Program-made: the position numbers and the translations under genes
Assembly (NCBI GenBank): GCA_014905635.1
Contig: JABVCE010000010.1
Location: 310,001 to 374,000 of the forward strand
DNA from: Scenedesmus sp. PABB004
Taxonomy: Eukaryota
Direction: 5' to 3'
DNA length: 64,000 nt
The notes under the pieces: model-generated
Seen by the model: only the letters and a program-made list of their open reading frames with translations
What the model was told of the DNA's origin: nothing
Database searches by the model: none
Shown here: piece by piece, positions 35,601 to 48,124 of the stretch
Layout of the letters: the number at the start of each line of letters is the position of its first letter
Position numbering within the stretch: the first letter of the stretch is position 1

Positions 35601-36088
35601 GCTCAGGTGGAGAGCCTCGACGCCGCGATTGACCTGGTCAACGCCAACCCGTACGGCAACGGCACCGCCATCTTCACCGACAGCGGCAGCGCGGCGCGGC
35701 GCTTCCAGCACGACGTCCAGGCGCGCGCCGCGCCGCGCCGCGCCGGCCCGGCGGCCCACCCCGCGGTCGCCCGCCGCGTGCGCCCACCCGCCCGCCCGTC
35801 CGCCCTCACGCCGCGCCGCCGGTCGCCGCGCCGCGCCGCCCGCCCGCCCCCGCGGCGCGCCAGGTGGGTATGGTGGGCATCAACGTGCCCATCCCCGTGC
35901 CGCTGCCGATGTTCTCCTTCACGGGCTGGCGCGGGTCCTTTGCCGGCGACACCCACATGTACGGCCGCGCCGGCGTCGCGTTCTACACACAGCCCAAGAC
36001 CGTGACCGCAAAGTGGGCCCCGCCGGCGCGCGGCGCGGGCGCCGCCGGCGGCGGGCGCATGCCAGGCCTCGACAAGGTCGGCGCGTGA
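32639..36088 (+). CDS. ALDH6B: Methylmalonate-semialdehyde dehydrogenase (ALDH6B), mitochondrial (~12 exons)
   Basis: [87 protein letters not shown]. Confidence 0.96.
33186..33323 (+). repeat. Intronic minisatellite, 6 x 23 bp (cgccgcttgcaggacggggcgca), followed by degenerate copies
   Basis: Counted directly in the sequence. Confidence 0.95.
35415..35515. repeat. Compound (GT)n / 20-bp gtgtgtgtgtgtgagtgcgc repeat in an MMSDH intron
   Basis: Visible directly. Confidence 0.9.
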
Positions 36089-36709
36089 TGGCTGCAGAGG
36101 CGTATCGCGGTGCCGGGGCGCAGGGTTGAGGCCGCGCCGCAGGGGGTTGGGAGCGCGGGCCGGCGGCGCCGGCGGCGCTTGGTGACTGGTGCCTCGTGAT
36201 GCCCCGGCAGGCCCAGCAGCCCTCCGGCAACCAGCAAACTCTGCAGCCCGCCGCCGCCGCCGCACGAGCAGCGCCTGCCGCCGTCGCCCGCCGCTGATCC
36301 CCCAGCACACGCGGCCGCAGCAGCGTCGTCCCGTCGCGTTAGTCGCAGGTGAGAGATCGCCGTGCCGCCGGGGCTGGCAGCGGTGGGCTTGCTGCAGCGC
36401 CGCACGAGGGGCGGCAGCGGCAGCTGCTGCTCGCGCGCCAGGCGGCGGCCGCTCTGGTCCCCAGCCCCGGCCTGCGGGCCAGCTGCAGCCGGGGTGTTGC
36501 ACCGGCCGGAAGCGCCGCAGCGCCTGCCGCCAGCGCCGCGCACCCGCTGCTGCCGCTCTGACCCGCGCTCCCTCTCGCCCGCCGCCCGCCCGCAGCACCA
36601 ACGCCGCGCGCCGCCAGCGCCCAGGCCGCCCGGGGTGGCACGCCGCCGCCACCGCGGACGATTGGCTGGCGCGTGACATGCGCGGCGCGGCGCGGCGCCC
36701 AGCACCAGC

Positions 36710-37531
36710 ATGGCGGGTGAAGCCGGCAGCGACGCCGGCAGCGACGCCGGCAGCGGCGGGAGCGGCGCCGACGACGCGCGCATCTCGGAGCTCCGGGGCG
36801 CGCTGCTGCCGCGCAAGGACGCCGCCGTGGCGGCGATGATGGCGCGCGTGCAGCGCGAGCTCGACGCCGCGGCGGCGCCCAGCGGCGGCGACGGCTGCGC
36901 CGCGCCGGTGCAGCAGGAGCCGGCGCTGCTGCCGCTGCTGACGTCGATGCAGGCCGAGCTTGCCGCGCTCGCGGCCGAGCTGGCGGCGCTCGAAGAGCGC
37001 AAGACGCAGCGCCACGCCGCGAGCGCGGCGGCGGCGGCCGACCCGAGCGGCGCCGGCGCTGGCGCCGGCGCCGACGCGACGACCGTGCACCTGCACGTGC
37101 GCGGCGCCGAGCCGACGACAACGCTCACGACGGGCAGCCAGCTCGACCTGCCGCGCCTGGAGGAGGCGCAGGGCGTCAAGGTGCTGCGCGTCGCGACGAC
37201 GCGCCGCGCCGCGCCGCCGCCGGGCGACGGCGAGTTTGAAGAGTCGCTGGCCACGGTGCTCTCGTGCCTGCCCGGGGAGCATATTTGGCTCGACGCGGAG
37301 GCCGACGACGCGGGCGCGCAGCGCCAGCTGCGCGCGGCGGCGCGCCGCGCGGCGACATTTCTGCTGCAGGTCGAGGCGGCGCTGCTGGCCCTCGGCGCAA
37401 TCAAGGCGCAGGCGCGCAGCATCGCGCTCACACGCGGCCTCGGCCTGCTGGCCAAGCACTGGGGCGCGCTGGCGCGCTGGGTCGGCGGCAAGCTGCTGCG
37501 GCAGAGCGTCGTGGGCGAGCTGGTGGCGTGA
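36710..37531 (+). CDS. Intronless 273-aa hypothetical protein with a coiled-coil segment
   Basis: Coding-like ORF (MQAELAALAAELAALEERK). TGTAA at 37565-37569, just after the stop. Confidence 0.65.
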   Translation: MAGEAGSDAGSDAGSGGSGADDARISELRGALLPRKDAAVAAMMARVQRELDAAAAPSGGDGCAAPVQQEPALLPLLTSMQAELAALAAELAALEERKTQRHAASAAAAADPSGAGAGAGADATTVHLHVRGAEPTTTLTTGSQLDLPRLEEAQGVKVLRVATTRRAAPPPGDGEFEESLATVLSCLPGEHIWLDAEADDAGAQRQLRAAARRAATFLLQVEAALLALGAIKAQARSIALTRGLGLLAKHWGALARWVGGKLLRQSVVGELVA

Positions 37532-39198
37532 CGCGCGCGCTTCCGCTGCCGCCGCCGTGCACGCTGTAATCGTTACCCGCCGCCGCCGTGAGCACCACGT
37601 GAGCACCACGCCCCGCCCAGCCCGCCCAGCGCCCGATGACAAGAGCAGTTCGGCAGGAGGCTCGGGCAGCGCGCCGCCGCGGGGCACGAAACGGGGGGGA
37701 CCACAGTGCGATGGCGGGCGGGCACCGGCGGCCGCCTGCGCCCGCGCGCGCAGGCGAGGGCGCGCTCGCGGGGCCGGCAGCCGCGCGAGGCGGCGACCGC
37801 CGCCAGTGCCCGCCGTCTTCTTTGCCACGCGCGGCTGCGCGCGCAGAGAGTGATCGTCACGCAGCGAGGAGGAGCGGGCGCTCCTGTGGCGGCGGCTGCT
37901 CTGACTGGCCGCTGCCAGCCTGCTGCGTCTGCGCATGTGCCTGTGTGCATGCGTGTGCCTGGAGTGCGCGAGCCATGTGGGAGAGTGTGTGCGACAGCCG
38001 CCGTGGCCTCTCTCTGAGACCATGACCGATGATGATCTTATCTGATCCGTGCGCATCGCGGGCTGGTCAGCACTGCAAAAACGGCAAGACCAAGCCCACG
38101 CGGGCGGCGCGCGCCCACGCGCGTGCGCGTGCGCGCGCCGCCGCCGCGCCGCACCCCCGCACCCCGGCGGGGCAACATTCTCTCTCCGTGCGATTGAACC
38201 CGCGCGGCGCTCGGCCGCGGCGCGAGTTGTTGTTTTTGGGGGGCTGCCGCCCTTTTGGGGGCTGCCGCCCTTTTCTGCCACGCCCCGCTGAGGGAATCGT
38301 GCGCGCGTGCGACCAAGGGAGGGCGAGGGGCGCCGCCGCCGCTGCGCCGCGCGGGGGCGGCGCGCCCCCTCCCTCGTGCCACGCGTGCGCCGCGGCAGCG
38401 TATTGAGCTATACACCCGGGACCCACGACGACACGCGCCACGCGGGCGCAAACATTGCAGCAGTGAGTGCCCCAGCCGCCGCGCCGCGGCGCCGCGGCGG
38501 CGGCAGCGCACCTCAGGGGAGTGCGCGCGGCCGAGGCGCCCGCGGCCGGCCGCTGCTGCGCGCGCAGCCCGGCGGCGGGCTCGCTCGCGGCGCCTAGCCA
38601 GGGCGCCCCTGGTGGCGCGCCCAGGGAGCCGCGGCTCCGCGCCCGCGCCGGGCTCGACGCTGGCGGCACCTCGCTGGCCAGCAGTTCGAGGGGGAGCGCG
38701 TCACGCGCGGGGCGCCCCGCAGCGACGACCGGCGGCGGAGGCGGCCGTGCGGTCGGCTGCAGACGCGCGCGCCGCGCCGAGCTCGGGGCCGGCGGCCCGC
38801 CGCGCGCGCGGCGGGGAGCAAACAGACAGTGCACACTCGGGGAGCAAACGACAAGGGAACCCACAAAAACAAGAAGTAAAATTCACGCGCTCGCAATCTG
38901 ACGCTGCCAGTGTTAACGATACATGCGCGCCTGGCGCGCGCCGCCGGCTGAGGTGCAGCCGGCGCCGCGCGCCGGGCGCGCCGCGCACGCGGGCGGGCGG
39001 CTGCCGGCGCCGGCCGCGGCGAGCGCCGCGCGCCCGCCGCTGGCGGGCAGCCAGCGGACAGGGGCACGCGCTGCCGCCGGCGCACGCGGGCGGGGGCGCG
39101 TTCGGGGCGCACTGCCCGGCCCGCGCCGCCGCGCCGGCAGGCGCTGAGAGGCGGTCGGCCCGCGCCGGCCGCCGCCTCGCGCGGGCCTCGCCCCGGCC

Positions 39199-42100
39199 TC
39201 ACGTGGGCGCAATGGATCCCAGGCCAAGCGACTGGGGGTGCTGCTGCTGCAGCGCGCAGGCGTGCTGCGCCGCGAGCGCGGCCTGCTGCGCCGACAGCGA
39301 CAGCTGCGCCGACGCCGCACGCTGCAGGCCGCCCAGCTCGCCGCCGCCGCCGAGGCCGCACGGCAGCGCGCCGACGGCCGCCGCCGCGGCGGCGTGGTGC
39401 GCGGCCAGGCCCGCCGCGTGCGCCTGCAGGTGGATGGCCTGCTGCTGCATCGCCTGCTGGCTCATCCACGCCTGCTGCTGCGCCATGGACGACTCCAGCA
39501 GCACCACCTGCTGCTGCAGCGCCTGCACCTGCTGCGCCTGCTGCTTCAGCGCCGCGTCGACGACCTCCGCCTGCAGCGCCTGCTGCGACTCGAACAGCGC
39601 CTGGTGCGACTCGAGCGGCGTCGGCGGCGGGCCCTCGTCGCGCAGCGCCGGCGCCGAGAACAGGCGGACCGGCTCCAGCGGCGGCTCGCGCTCGTGCACC
39701 GCCGCGCGCGGCGGCGCCTGCGCCTGCGCGCCGGGCGCCGCCGCGGCGGGCTCCCCCGGCGCCGCCGCTGCGGCCGCGTCGGCCGCGGCCTGCTGGTCGC
39801 GGATCGCCTCCAGCTGGCGCGCGAGCTCGCGCATCGTCGGCCGGTTGGCGGGGTTGGGCTCGAGGCACGCCTCCAGCAGGCCGCGCCACTCGGGCTCGCA
39901 CCACTCGGGCACGTCCAGGTGCAGGTTGCCGCACATCAGGCCCATGAGGATCTGCTGCGGCGCGAGGTCCTGCGGCGCGCGGGCGGGGCGGCGCGGGCGG
40001 CGCCGCGGTCGGCCGGCGCCGCCGCGCGGCGTGCGAGGCGCCGCGCCGCGCGCCCGCCCGCCCCCAGCCGCGTGCGGCGCATCGGCCGCGCGCGGCGCAT
40101 CAGCCCACCTGGAAGGGTATCTCGCGCGTGAGCATCTCCCACATGACCACGCCGAGGCTCCACACGTCGGCCTTCTCGCACACGCGCTCCGGGTCGGCGA
40201 CGAGCTCGGGCGCCATGTAGGGCAGCGTGCCGCGCAGGTCGCGGCAGCTGCTCACGTACGTGCTGTTCAGCTTGTGCTTGCTCAGCCCAAAGTCGGCGAC
40301 CTTGACGACGGGCAGCTCGCACGGCTCGCCGCGCGGCGCCGGCGCCGGCGGCGGCGGGCGGCGCCGCCGCGGGCTGGCGGCCGACCCGCCGCCGTCGTCG
40401 CCGCGCGCGGCCGCGCCGATGCGGATCGGCGCGGGCTCGTCCTCGCCGGCCGCGCCGGGCGGGCCCGCGCCCGCCGCCGCGCGCACGACGCCGGGCGGCG
40501 CGTCGAGCAGCAGGTTGTCTGGCTTGAGGTCAAAGTGCACGATGCGCAGCTCGTGGAGGTACGCGAGGCCGTTGCTCGCGCCGAGCGCGAGCTCGCACCG
40601 CGTGCGCAGCGGCAGCAGCGTGCGGCTCATCCTGCACGCGGCGGCGGCAGCGGCAGCGGGGCGAGGGGACGCGTCGGGCCGCGCTCCTCCCCACCGCGCG
40701 CCCTCCCCCACACTGCCCGCGCTCCCTGCCCGCCGCGCTGCCGCGCTGCCTGCCCGCCGCGCCGCTGCCCGCCACCCGCGGCCGCGCTGCCGCGCCGCCG
40801 CGCCGCGCCGCACCTCAAGAACGTGGACATGCTGCCGCCGCGGATGTACTCGGTCATTATGCCAATCACAGCCGCCCCGCCGCCGGCCTCGCCGGCGCCG
40901 CCGGGCGCCGCCGCGCCGCCGCCGCCGCCGCCGCCGCCCGGCGGGCCGTCGGTGACGACGCCGTAGAAGCGGAGCACGTTGGGGTGGTTCAGGTCGGCCA
41001 GCAGCGACGCCTCGCGGCCAAACGACGCAAAGTGCTTGCCAAAGCGCTCGCTCTGCGCGCGGGCGGGCGGGGACGCGGGCGGGCGGGCGGGCGTCGGCGC
41101 GCGGCGGCGGTGCGCGGCGCGGGCGAGCCGAGTGCGAGTCCGGCGCGAGCCCGGCGAGGCCGGCGCACGCGCGCGCTGCCCCTGCCCGTGCGCGAGCGGC
41201 GGCGCCGCACCTTGAGCCACTTGACCGCAACGGTGCCGTAGAGCGGCGCGCTCGCGACCGACACCTCCCCAAACGCGCCCTCCCCGATCTTGGCCACGAT
41301 CTTGAGGTCGGGCTTGGCCAGGCGGTGCACGGGCTGCAGCTTGGGCAGGCTGCTGCCGAGGCTGTCGCCGCTGTCGGCACGCTCGGGCTTGGACGCCCGC
41401 CCGCCGCCGGCGTCGCCGTCGGGGCCGCCGGGCTCGCCGTCCAGCGAGAACCGCGAGTCCTGCGTGCGCAGCCGGCCGTAGCCGGCGCCGCCGCCGAGGC
41501 GGCCGCGCGGCGCGTCGCCCTCGCCGTCTGCGCGCGGCGCGGCGCGGGGCGGGGCGGCGGCGCGTGCGTCGGCGGGCCGCGGGGCGCTCTGCCGCGGGGC
41601 GCTGCCGGCGGCGCTGCCCGCGCGCCCCCGCGTGCGCTGCGCTGCGCTGCGCTGCGCGCTCACTCTCGGGCGCCTCGCCGTCGAGGCCGTCGCCGCTGCC
41701 CGCCAGCGCGCACACGCCCTCGGGCAGGCCGCCGCTGAGGTCGTCGCCAAACGCGCTGATGTGGCTCGGCAGTGCCGACGCGGCGGCAATGGCCGCCAGC
41801 ATCGCGTCGCCCGCGCCCTGCAGCTCCGGCGCCGCGGCCGCGGCCGCGGCCATGCCGGCCGCCTCGCCGCCGCCGCCGTCCTCGTCGTCGCCCTCGTCCT
41901 CGCCAAACGCGCTGATGTGGCTCGGCAGCGCCCGCAGCGCCGCGTCGGCGCTCGGCGGCTGCGGGCCCGCCGCCCCCGTGCCCGCCGCGCCGCCGTCCCA
42001 CATGTGCCAGGGGTCGGCCGGCAGGGCCGCGCCCTCCTCGGCGCCGCCCGCCGGCGACACCGGGGCCGCCGGCGCGCCGGGCTGCCCCGCCGCGGCCGCC

Positions 42101-44111
42101 GCCTGCTGCTGCGCCGCAATGGCCGCGATGACCTCCGCCAGCTGCAGCTCATCCTCCTGGTCCTCCTGGTCCTGCACCCCCGCGTCGTCCTGGCCGCTGC
42201 TGCCCGGCGCGCCGGCGGCGCCCTCCTCCTCGTCCCCGGTCGCCTCCTCGCCCGCCTCCTCCTCGGCCAGGCCCGGGTGCAGCAGGCGCTGCTGCGCGGC
42301 GGCGAGGCGCAGGCCGTTGTGGTAGCTCACGCTCAGCCGCACGCGGTCCAGCGCCTGCTGCTCCATCGCCGCGTCGATGGGCTGCCCCGCCGCGAGGCGC
42401 GCCTGCGCGGCCAGCTCCGCGGCCAGCTCCGGCGGCAGGCTGTGCGGGCCGCCGCTGCGAGGGCGAACCGGCGGCGGGCGGGCGGCAGGCGGGCGCGCGT
42501 GTGAGCGCGGGCGGCCGGCCGGCGCCGGCGCCGCCCGGGAGGGGCCGCGCGGGCGGGTGTGTGGGCCGGCGCGGCTCACATGCTGCTGAGCCAGTCGCCC
42601 GTGGAGCCCTCCCCCTGGCGCAGGCACGGCGTGCTCGTCGAGCTGAGCGTGCTGCCCCAGCTGCTCCGCCCGTCCAGCGGCCGGCCGCCGGTGCGCACCC
42701 GCACCGGCGCGGCGTGCGACTCGCTGGAGGGTGGCGGAGCAGCTGGGTCAGCGCCGCAGCCCCCGGCCCCGTCCCCGCGCCGCAGGCACGCCAGCCTCCC
42801 CCCGCCGCCGCGCCACCAAGAAGAACTGCTGCCCGCCGCGCCGCCGCCCGCCGCGCCGCTGCCCGCCGCGCCGCTGCCCGCGCCCCCACCGCTGGCCGCA
42901 CCTGAAGAAGGTCTGGCCCTCCATGATCTCGTCCGGCGTGAGCGGCTCCTCCGCGGCCATGAAGACGTAGACCTGGCGGCGCGGCGCGCGCGGGCGCGCG
43001 GCGCCGGATCAGCCGCCGCCGCTCCGCGCGGCGGCGGCAGCGCAGCGCAGCGGCGGCAGCGCCGCGCCGCGGGCGCGACTGACACCCGGCCGCTGCCAGC
43101 TGCCCCGCCGCTGCCAGCCCCGGGTGCAGCGAGCAGCCCGGGCGACCACCGACCAGGCCTCCTGCCACCCACCTTGATGCGGAACGTCTTGCTCGGCGTG
43201 CCGGGGCGCTCGAGGTGGCCAAAGTAGTCCTCGACCAGCTCCTGCGCGCCACGACAACGCGGCGGACGCGGACGCGGCAAACGCGCGGGCGTGGGCGCTA
43301 CGTGCCAGGGGGCAGCGGCTGCGCGGGCGCGGCGGGCGGCGCGGGCGGGGTGCGGGCTGCGGGCGCGGCGCGGCGCGGCGCGTGCCGCGCGCCTGCAGGT
43401 CTGCGTCGTCCTGCACGCTGATGAGCGCGTCGGGGTCGAGCTCCTCGCCGGGCGCGAGGTACTTCACGCTGACCGCGGTCTTGAACTTCTCGCTCAGCTT
43501 GAACATGAAGTCCGCGTAGCGCGCGCCGTAGCCGACCGACTCGTTGAAAAACTCGGCGCCCACAAACTTCCAGGCGCCCGACGGCGACTGCGCAGCGGAC
43601 GGCGGCGGGCGCGCGCGGCGGCGGCGGTGAGGGGGGCGGCGGCGCGCGCCCACAAGCGGCACGCTGTGCCGCCGGCCCCGGGCGCGGCGGGCCGCAGCCC
43701 CGCCGCCGCGGGCGCCGCATTCCGGCGCTGCCGCCGCCGCCGCCGCAGAACCGGCGCCCGGGCGCCGGTTCCAGCGACGTGGCGCAGTCGCCCCCGCTGG
43801 CCCGCGCACGCCGGCCCTCCCCTAGCCCGGGGGCCCGGGGGAGGATGCGCCGCGCGCGGGCGCGGCCTGGCGCGCCGGCCGCGCCCGGGCGGCCCAGCAC
43901 GCACGCCCCCGCGGTGGCGGGGGTTGCCCCCCGGCCCCCACCGCGCGGCCGAGGCGGGGCGGGGCGCGCGCGCGCGGGGAGGGCGGCCGCAGCCGGTCGT
44001 GCCCACCTGCTCGAACCGGCCGTTGTAGCAGAGCCGCAGCTTGACCTTGCCCGCCTCCGAGGCATCGCCCGCGGAGGAGGGCAGGCTGGCCTGCGTCGTG
44101 ATGGCGCTCAT
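39199..44111 (-). CDS. PB1-domain Raf-like MAPKKK (B4-type architecture)
   Basis: PB1: KVKLRLCYNGRF...VKYLAPGEELDPDALISVQDDADL. Kinase: IGEGAFGEV, VAVK, HPNVLRFYG, IVHFDLKPDNLL, DFGLSK, RGTLPYMAPEL, ADVWSLG, PEWCEPEWRGLLEAC. Confidence 0.92.
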
Positions 44112-44917
44112 GGTGGTGTTGCGCGCGCGGGGCCGGAGGGGGCGCGCCGGCGCCGGTGCTGCCCTAGCGGGCGCCGCGCCGCCCGGGCGGCATGCCGTGC
44201 GGGCGAGCCAGCGGCGGCTGGGCACGCGCGCGGCGGGGGCCGCGCCGCGCGGGCGCGGGCGCGGGGGCGGGAGCTGCTGCGCGGGCGCTCGGCGGGGCTG
44301 GTGGGAGGGGTGAGGGGTGGGGCGGGTCGGCGGGCGTCTGGGCGCGGCGACGGCGTGCGGCGGGGGGCGTCGTGGGCGCGCGAGGGCCGGCCAGGCTGTC
44401 ATAACGCTGCTGCTGCCGCCCCGGAGCCCCAGCGCCCGCGCCTGGCCGCCCATCACGCGTCAGAGCTCGGCCTGCTCCCGCACACGCCTGCAGGCACAGA
44501 TCGGGCCAGCCAAGAGCGCCGCGCGCAGCAGTCGCTTCGAGAAGCGAGGCGTCTCTGCTCGCAGTCGCCCTCTGCGGCCGGCCCCGCGGTCCCAGCGCGC
44601 CGCCAGCATCCCCCGAGAGCCGACGCACGCAGCTCGCAGGCGCAGCAGCAGCGGCGGGCGCAGCAGCGGCGCCAGCAGTCGCCGCCAGCGCGCCGCGCCT
44701 GAGCGGCAGGCCGCCCGGCGCCGCCAGGAGGGCCCGTGCAGCAGGCGCCCTAGCCGGCAGCAGCAGCTGCGGCAGCGGCCGGCGGTCGCGGCGGGCGCGG
44801 GCGCGCAGCGCCGCGTGCAACCGGCGGCGGCGCGGCCGGCGGCGGCGGGGCGTGGGCGTGGGCGGCCACCTCCGCGCGGGCAACCGGCCAGCTCCGCGCG
44901 TGCACCCGCGCGCCGCG

Positions 44918-47018
44918 ATGGGCAAGGACTACTACGCCATACTCGGCGTGGCAAAGGGCGCGGATGATGCAGAGCTCAAGAAGGGTGCGGCGGCGCGCGG
45001 GCGGGGGCGGCCGCGCGCGGCGGGCGGTGCATGCACGCGCGGGCGGCGCACGCGCGCATTCCCGGGCCCCCACCGCGGCGCGCGTCGCGCCGTCGCCGCT
45101 GCACTCACCGCCCCCGCCCGCCGCGCGTCGCCGCGCGTCGCCGCGCGTCGCCGGCCGCACCGCCGCAGCGTACCGCAAGCTCGCAATGAAGTGGCACCCG
45201 GACAAGAACCCGGACAACCGCGCCGCGGCGGAGGCCAAATTCAAGGACATCAGCGAGGCCTACGAGGTGACCGATGCGGCGCACTCGGATGAGCGGCGGC
45301 GGGGCGGCGCGGCCGTGCGTGCTGCCCGGAGAGGGCGTGCCGGCGGCGGCGGCGGCGGCGACAGTGGGGGCGCGCGCCTCGGAGACCCGCCCCGCCCCGC
45401 GCCGCGCCGCGCCTCACAGGTGCTGAGCGACCCCGACAAGCGCCAGGTGTTTGACACCTACGGCGAGGAGGGACTCAAGGCGGGCGGCCCGGGCGGCCCC
45501 GGCGGGCCCGGCGGCCCCGGCGGCATGGGCGGGCAGCAGTTCAACTTCCGCAGCGCCGACGACATCTTCAGAGAGGTGCGGCGCGCGGCCGCGCTGGGCG
45601 GCGGCGGCGCGCGCCCGGCCGCCGCCGCCGCGGGCCGCGCGCCCGACCGCGCGCGCGCACGCGTTGCCCGCGCGCCCGCACACGCAGTTCTTCGGCGGCG
45701 GCGGCGGCGGCGGCATGGGCGGCGCGGACCCCTTTGGCAGCCTGTTTGGCGGCATGGGCGGCATGCCCGGCGGCATGGGCGGCGGCGGGCCCTTTGGCGG
45801 CATGGGCGGGTGAGCGCGCGCCTCGGCGCGCCGCGGGGCGGGCGGCGCCGCGCCGGCGGCGGGGGCGCGGCGGGCCGCTGACGCGCAGCGCGCGCCGCGC
45901 GCCGCGCCCGCCGCAGCGGGGGCTTTGGCGGCATGGGCGGCCCCATGGGCGGGTGCGCCGCGCGCGGGGCGGCGCCGGCCCGCCCGCGCGGGACTGTGCC
46001 GCCGCGCCCCGCCAGCGCCACCGCCTACCTGACCGCGCCCCGCCCGGCTGACCGCCGCCGCCGCGCGCCGCAGCATGCACGGCATGGGCGGCGGGCGCGG
46101 CGGCCCCGTCAAGGACCGCCCGATCACGCGCAGCCTCGGCTGCACGCTGGAGGAGCTCTACGCCGGCTCGACGCGCAAGATGCGCATCAAGCGCAGCGTC
46201 TTTGACGCCGCGGGGCGGCCGAGCCGCAGCGAGGAGGAGATCCTGGAGGTCGCGGTCAAGCCGGGCTGGAAGCGGGGCACCAAGATAACTTTCCCGGAGA
46301 AGGGTGCGTGTTGCTGACGCCGCCGCGGCGCGGCGAGCAGCGCGCGCGCGTGCGCCGGCGCCGACGCGGCGCGCCGCCGGCGACGAGCGCAGGCGACGAG
46401 CGGCCGGGGCACGTCGCGGCGGACATGGTGTTTGTGGTCGAGGAGAAGCCGCACGCGCGCTTCAAGCGCGACGGCGACGACCTGGTGCTGCACAAGCGCC
46501 TCAGCCTCGCCGACGCGCTGTGCGGCGTGAGCTTCGACGTGCAGGCGCGAGGGGGGTGCGCGGGGCGCGAGAGCGCATGGCGCGCAGGCGACGGCGCCGC
46601 CGCCGCGCGGCGCGCGCTCGCGGCGCTGCGCCGACGCGCCGGCGCCGCTCGTGCCGGGCTTGCGCAGACGCTGGACGGGCGCACGCTGAGCATCAGCACG
46701 CGGGACGAGGTCATCTCGCCGCACCACGCCAAGATCGTGCGGTGCGCCGCGCCTGCGCCCCTCCTGCGCCGCGGCTGCCGCCTCCCCGGCCCGCCGCCGC
46801 CGCGCCGCGCTCACGCTGCCGCGCCGCGCTCACGCCGCGCCGCGCTCACGCCGCGCCCCGCGCCTGCGCCGCGCCGCCGCAGCGGCGAGGGCATGCCCAT
46901 CAGCAAGCAGCCGGGGCAGCGCGGCAACCTGGTTATAAAGTTTGATGTCGCCTTCCCGCGCAGCCTCAGCAGCAGCCAGAAGGAGCAGCTGCGCGCGCTG
47001 CTGCCGGCGGGCGCGTGA
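44918..47018 (+). CDS. Type II (DNAJB/Sis1-like) Hsp40 co-chaperone
   Basis: [11 protein letters not shown]..., [10 protein letters not shown]- and G/M-rich linker, [45 protein letters not shown]. Confidence 0.95.
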
Positions 47019-47398
47019 TCACACCTCATGAGGCGCCGCGCGCGCGAGGCGCCGCGCGCGGCTGCGGCCGCCGCAGCGCGACATTGCGCTCGGGCGGCGC
47101 GGACGGCGGACTGGGACGGCGGCGCGTGAGCTGCTGCAGCCGCAGCTGCGGCGCGTGAGCTGCTGCGGCGCGTGAGCTGCGCGGCTGACGGTGTGATCGC
47201 TGCCGCCGTGGCGGTTGCCGGGCGCGCGCCCCCTGCTCTCCGCACGCTCCCGCGCCGCTGCCAGCGCCAGCCCAGCCGCGAGCGCTGCAGGCACCCAGCT
47301 GGCCTCGCCAAGTCGTCGTCAGCCGCGCGTCACGGAACCGCGCGCCGTCGCGGAGCAGCCGGCCCCCTCCCCCCACACGCTCGCCCGCGCCGCCGCGC

Positions 47399-48028
47399 TC
47401 AGCCGCGGCGCCCCGACGGCATGCGCCGCAGCGACGCCGACAGCGTGCTCTGCCGGCGCAGCGGCGGCGCGTCGCCCGAGTGCACCGAGCTCAGCCCGCC
47501 GACGCTGCCGCCGTCCCACGACGTACGCGGCGCGCCCGAGTGCTCCGTGCTGCGCGGCGAGGCCACGTCGCCGAGCAGGTCCGCGAGGTTGAGGTCCCGC
47601 AGCTCCTCGTCCAGCTCGACGACGTCGAGCGTCGCATGCTCGTCGATCGTGGGCGGGACGTCGAGGTCGCCGTCGGACGAGTCCAGCGGCGCGCCGAGGC
47701 TGCCCGCCGGCGCCGCGCCGCACGCGGGCGCGCCCGCCGCGGCCGCGAGCAGCGCGTGCGGCCACGTGAGCTGCGCGAGGCCCTTGTCCGAGCTGGCGCT
47801 GAACACGTAGTGCGCGCCGGGGCGCGCCGCGGCGCCGTAGCACGACGCGGCACAAATTGTGTATGAGCCTGCCGCGCGGCGCGGCGCGGCGCGGGCAGGG
47901 GCGGGCGGGCGGGGGTCGGCGCGCGGCGCGGCCGGGCGGGGCGCACCCCTCCACGCCGCCGGCACGAACAAGCAGGAGGGCGAGCCTGGCGCAGCGCCCG
48001 CCCGCGCCCCGCTCCGCCCCGCCCCACG

Positions 48029-48124
<96 letters not shown>

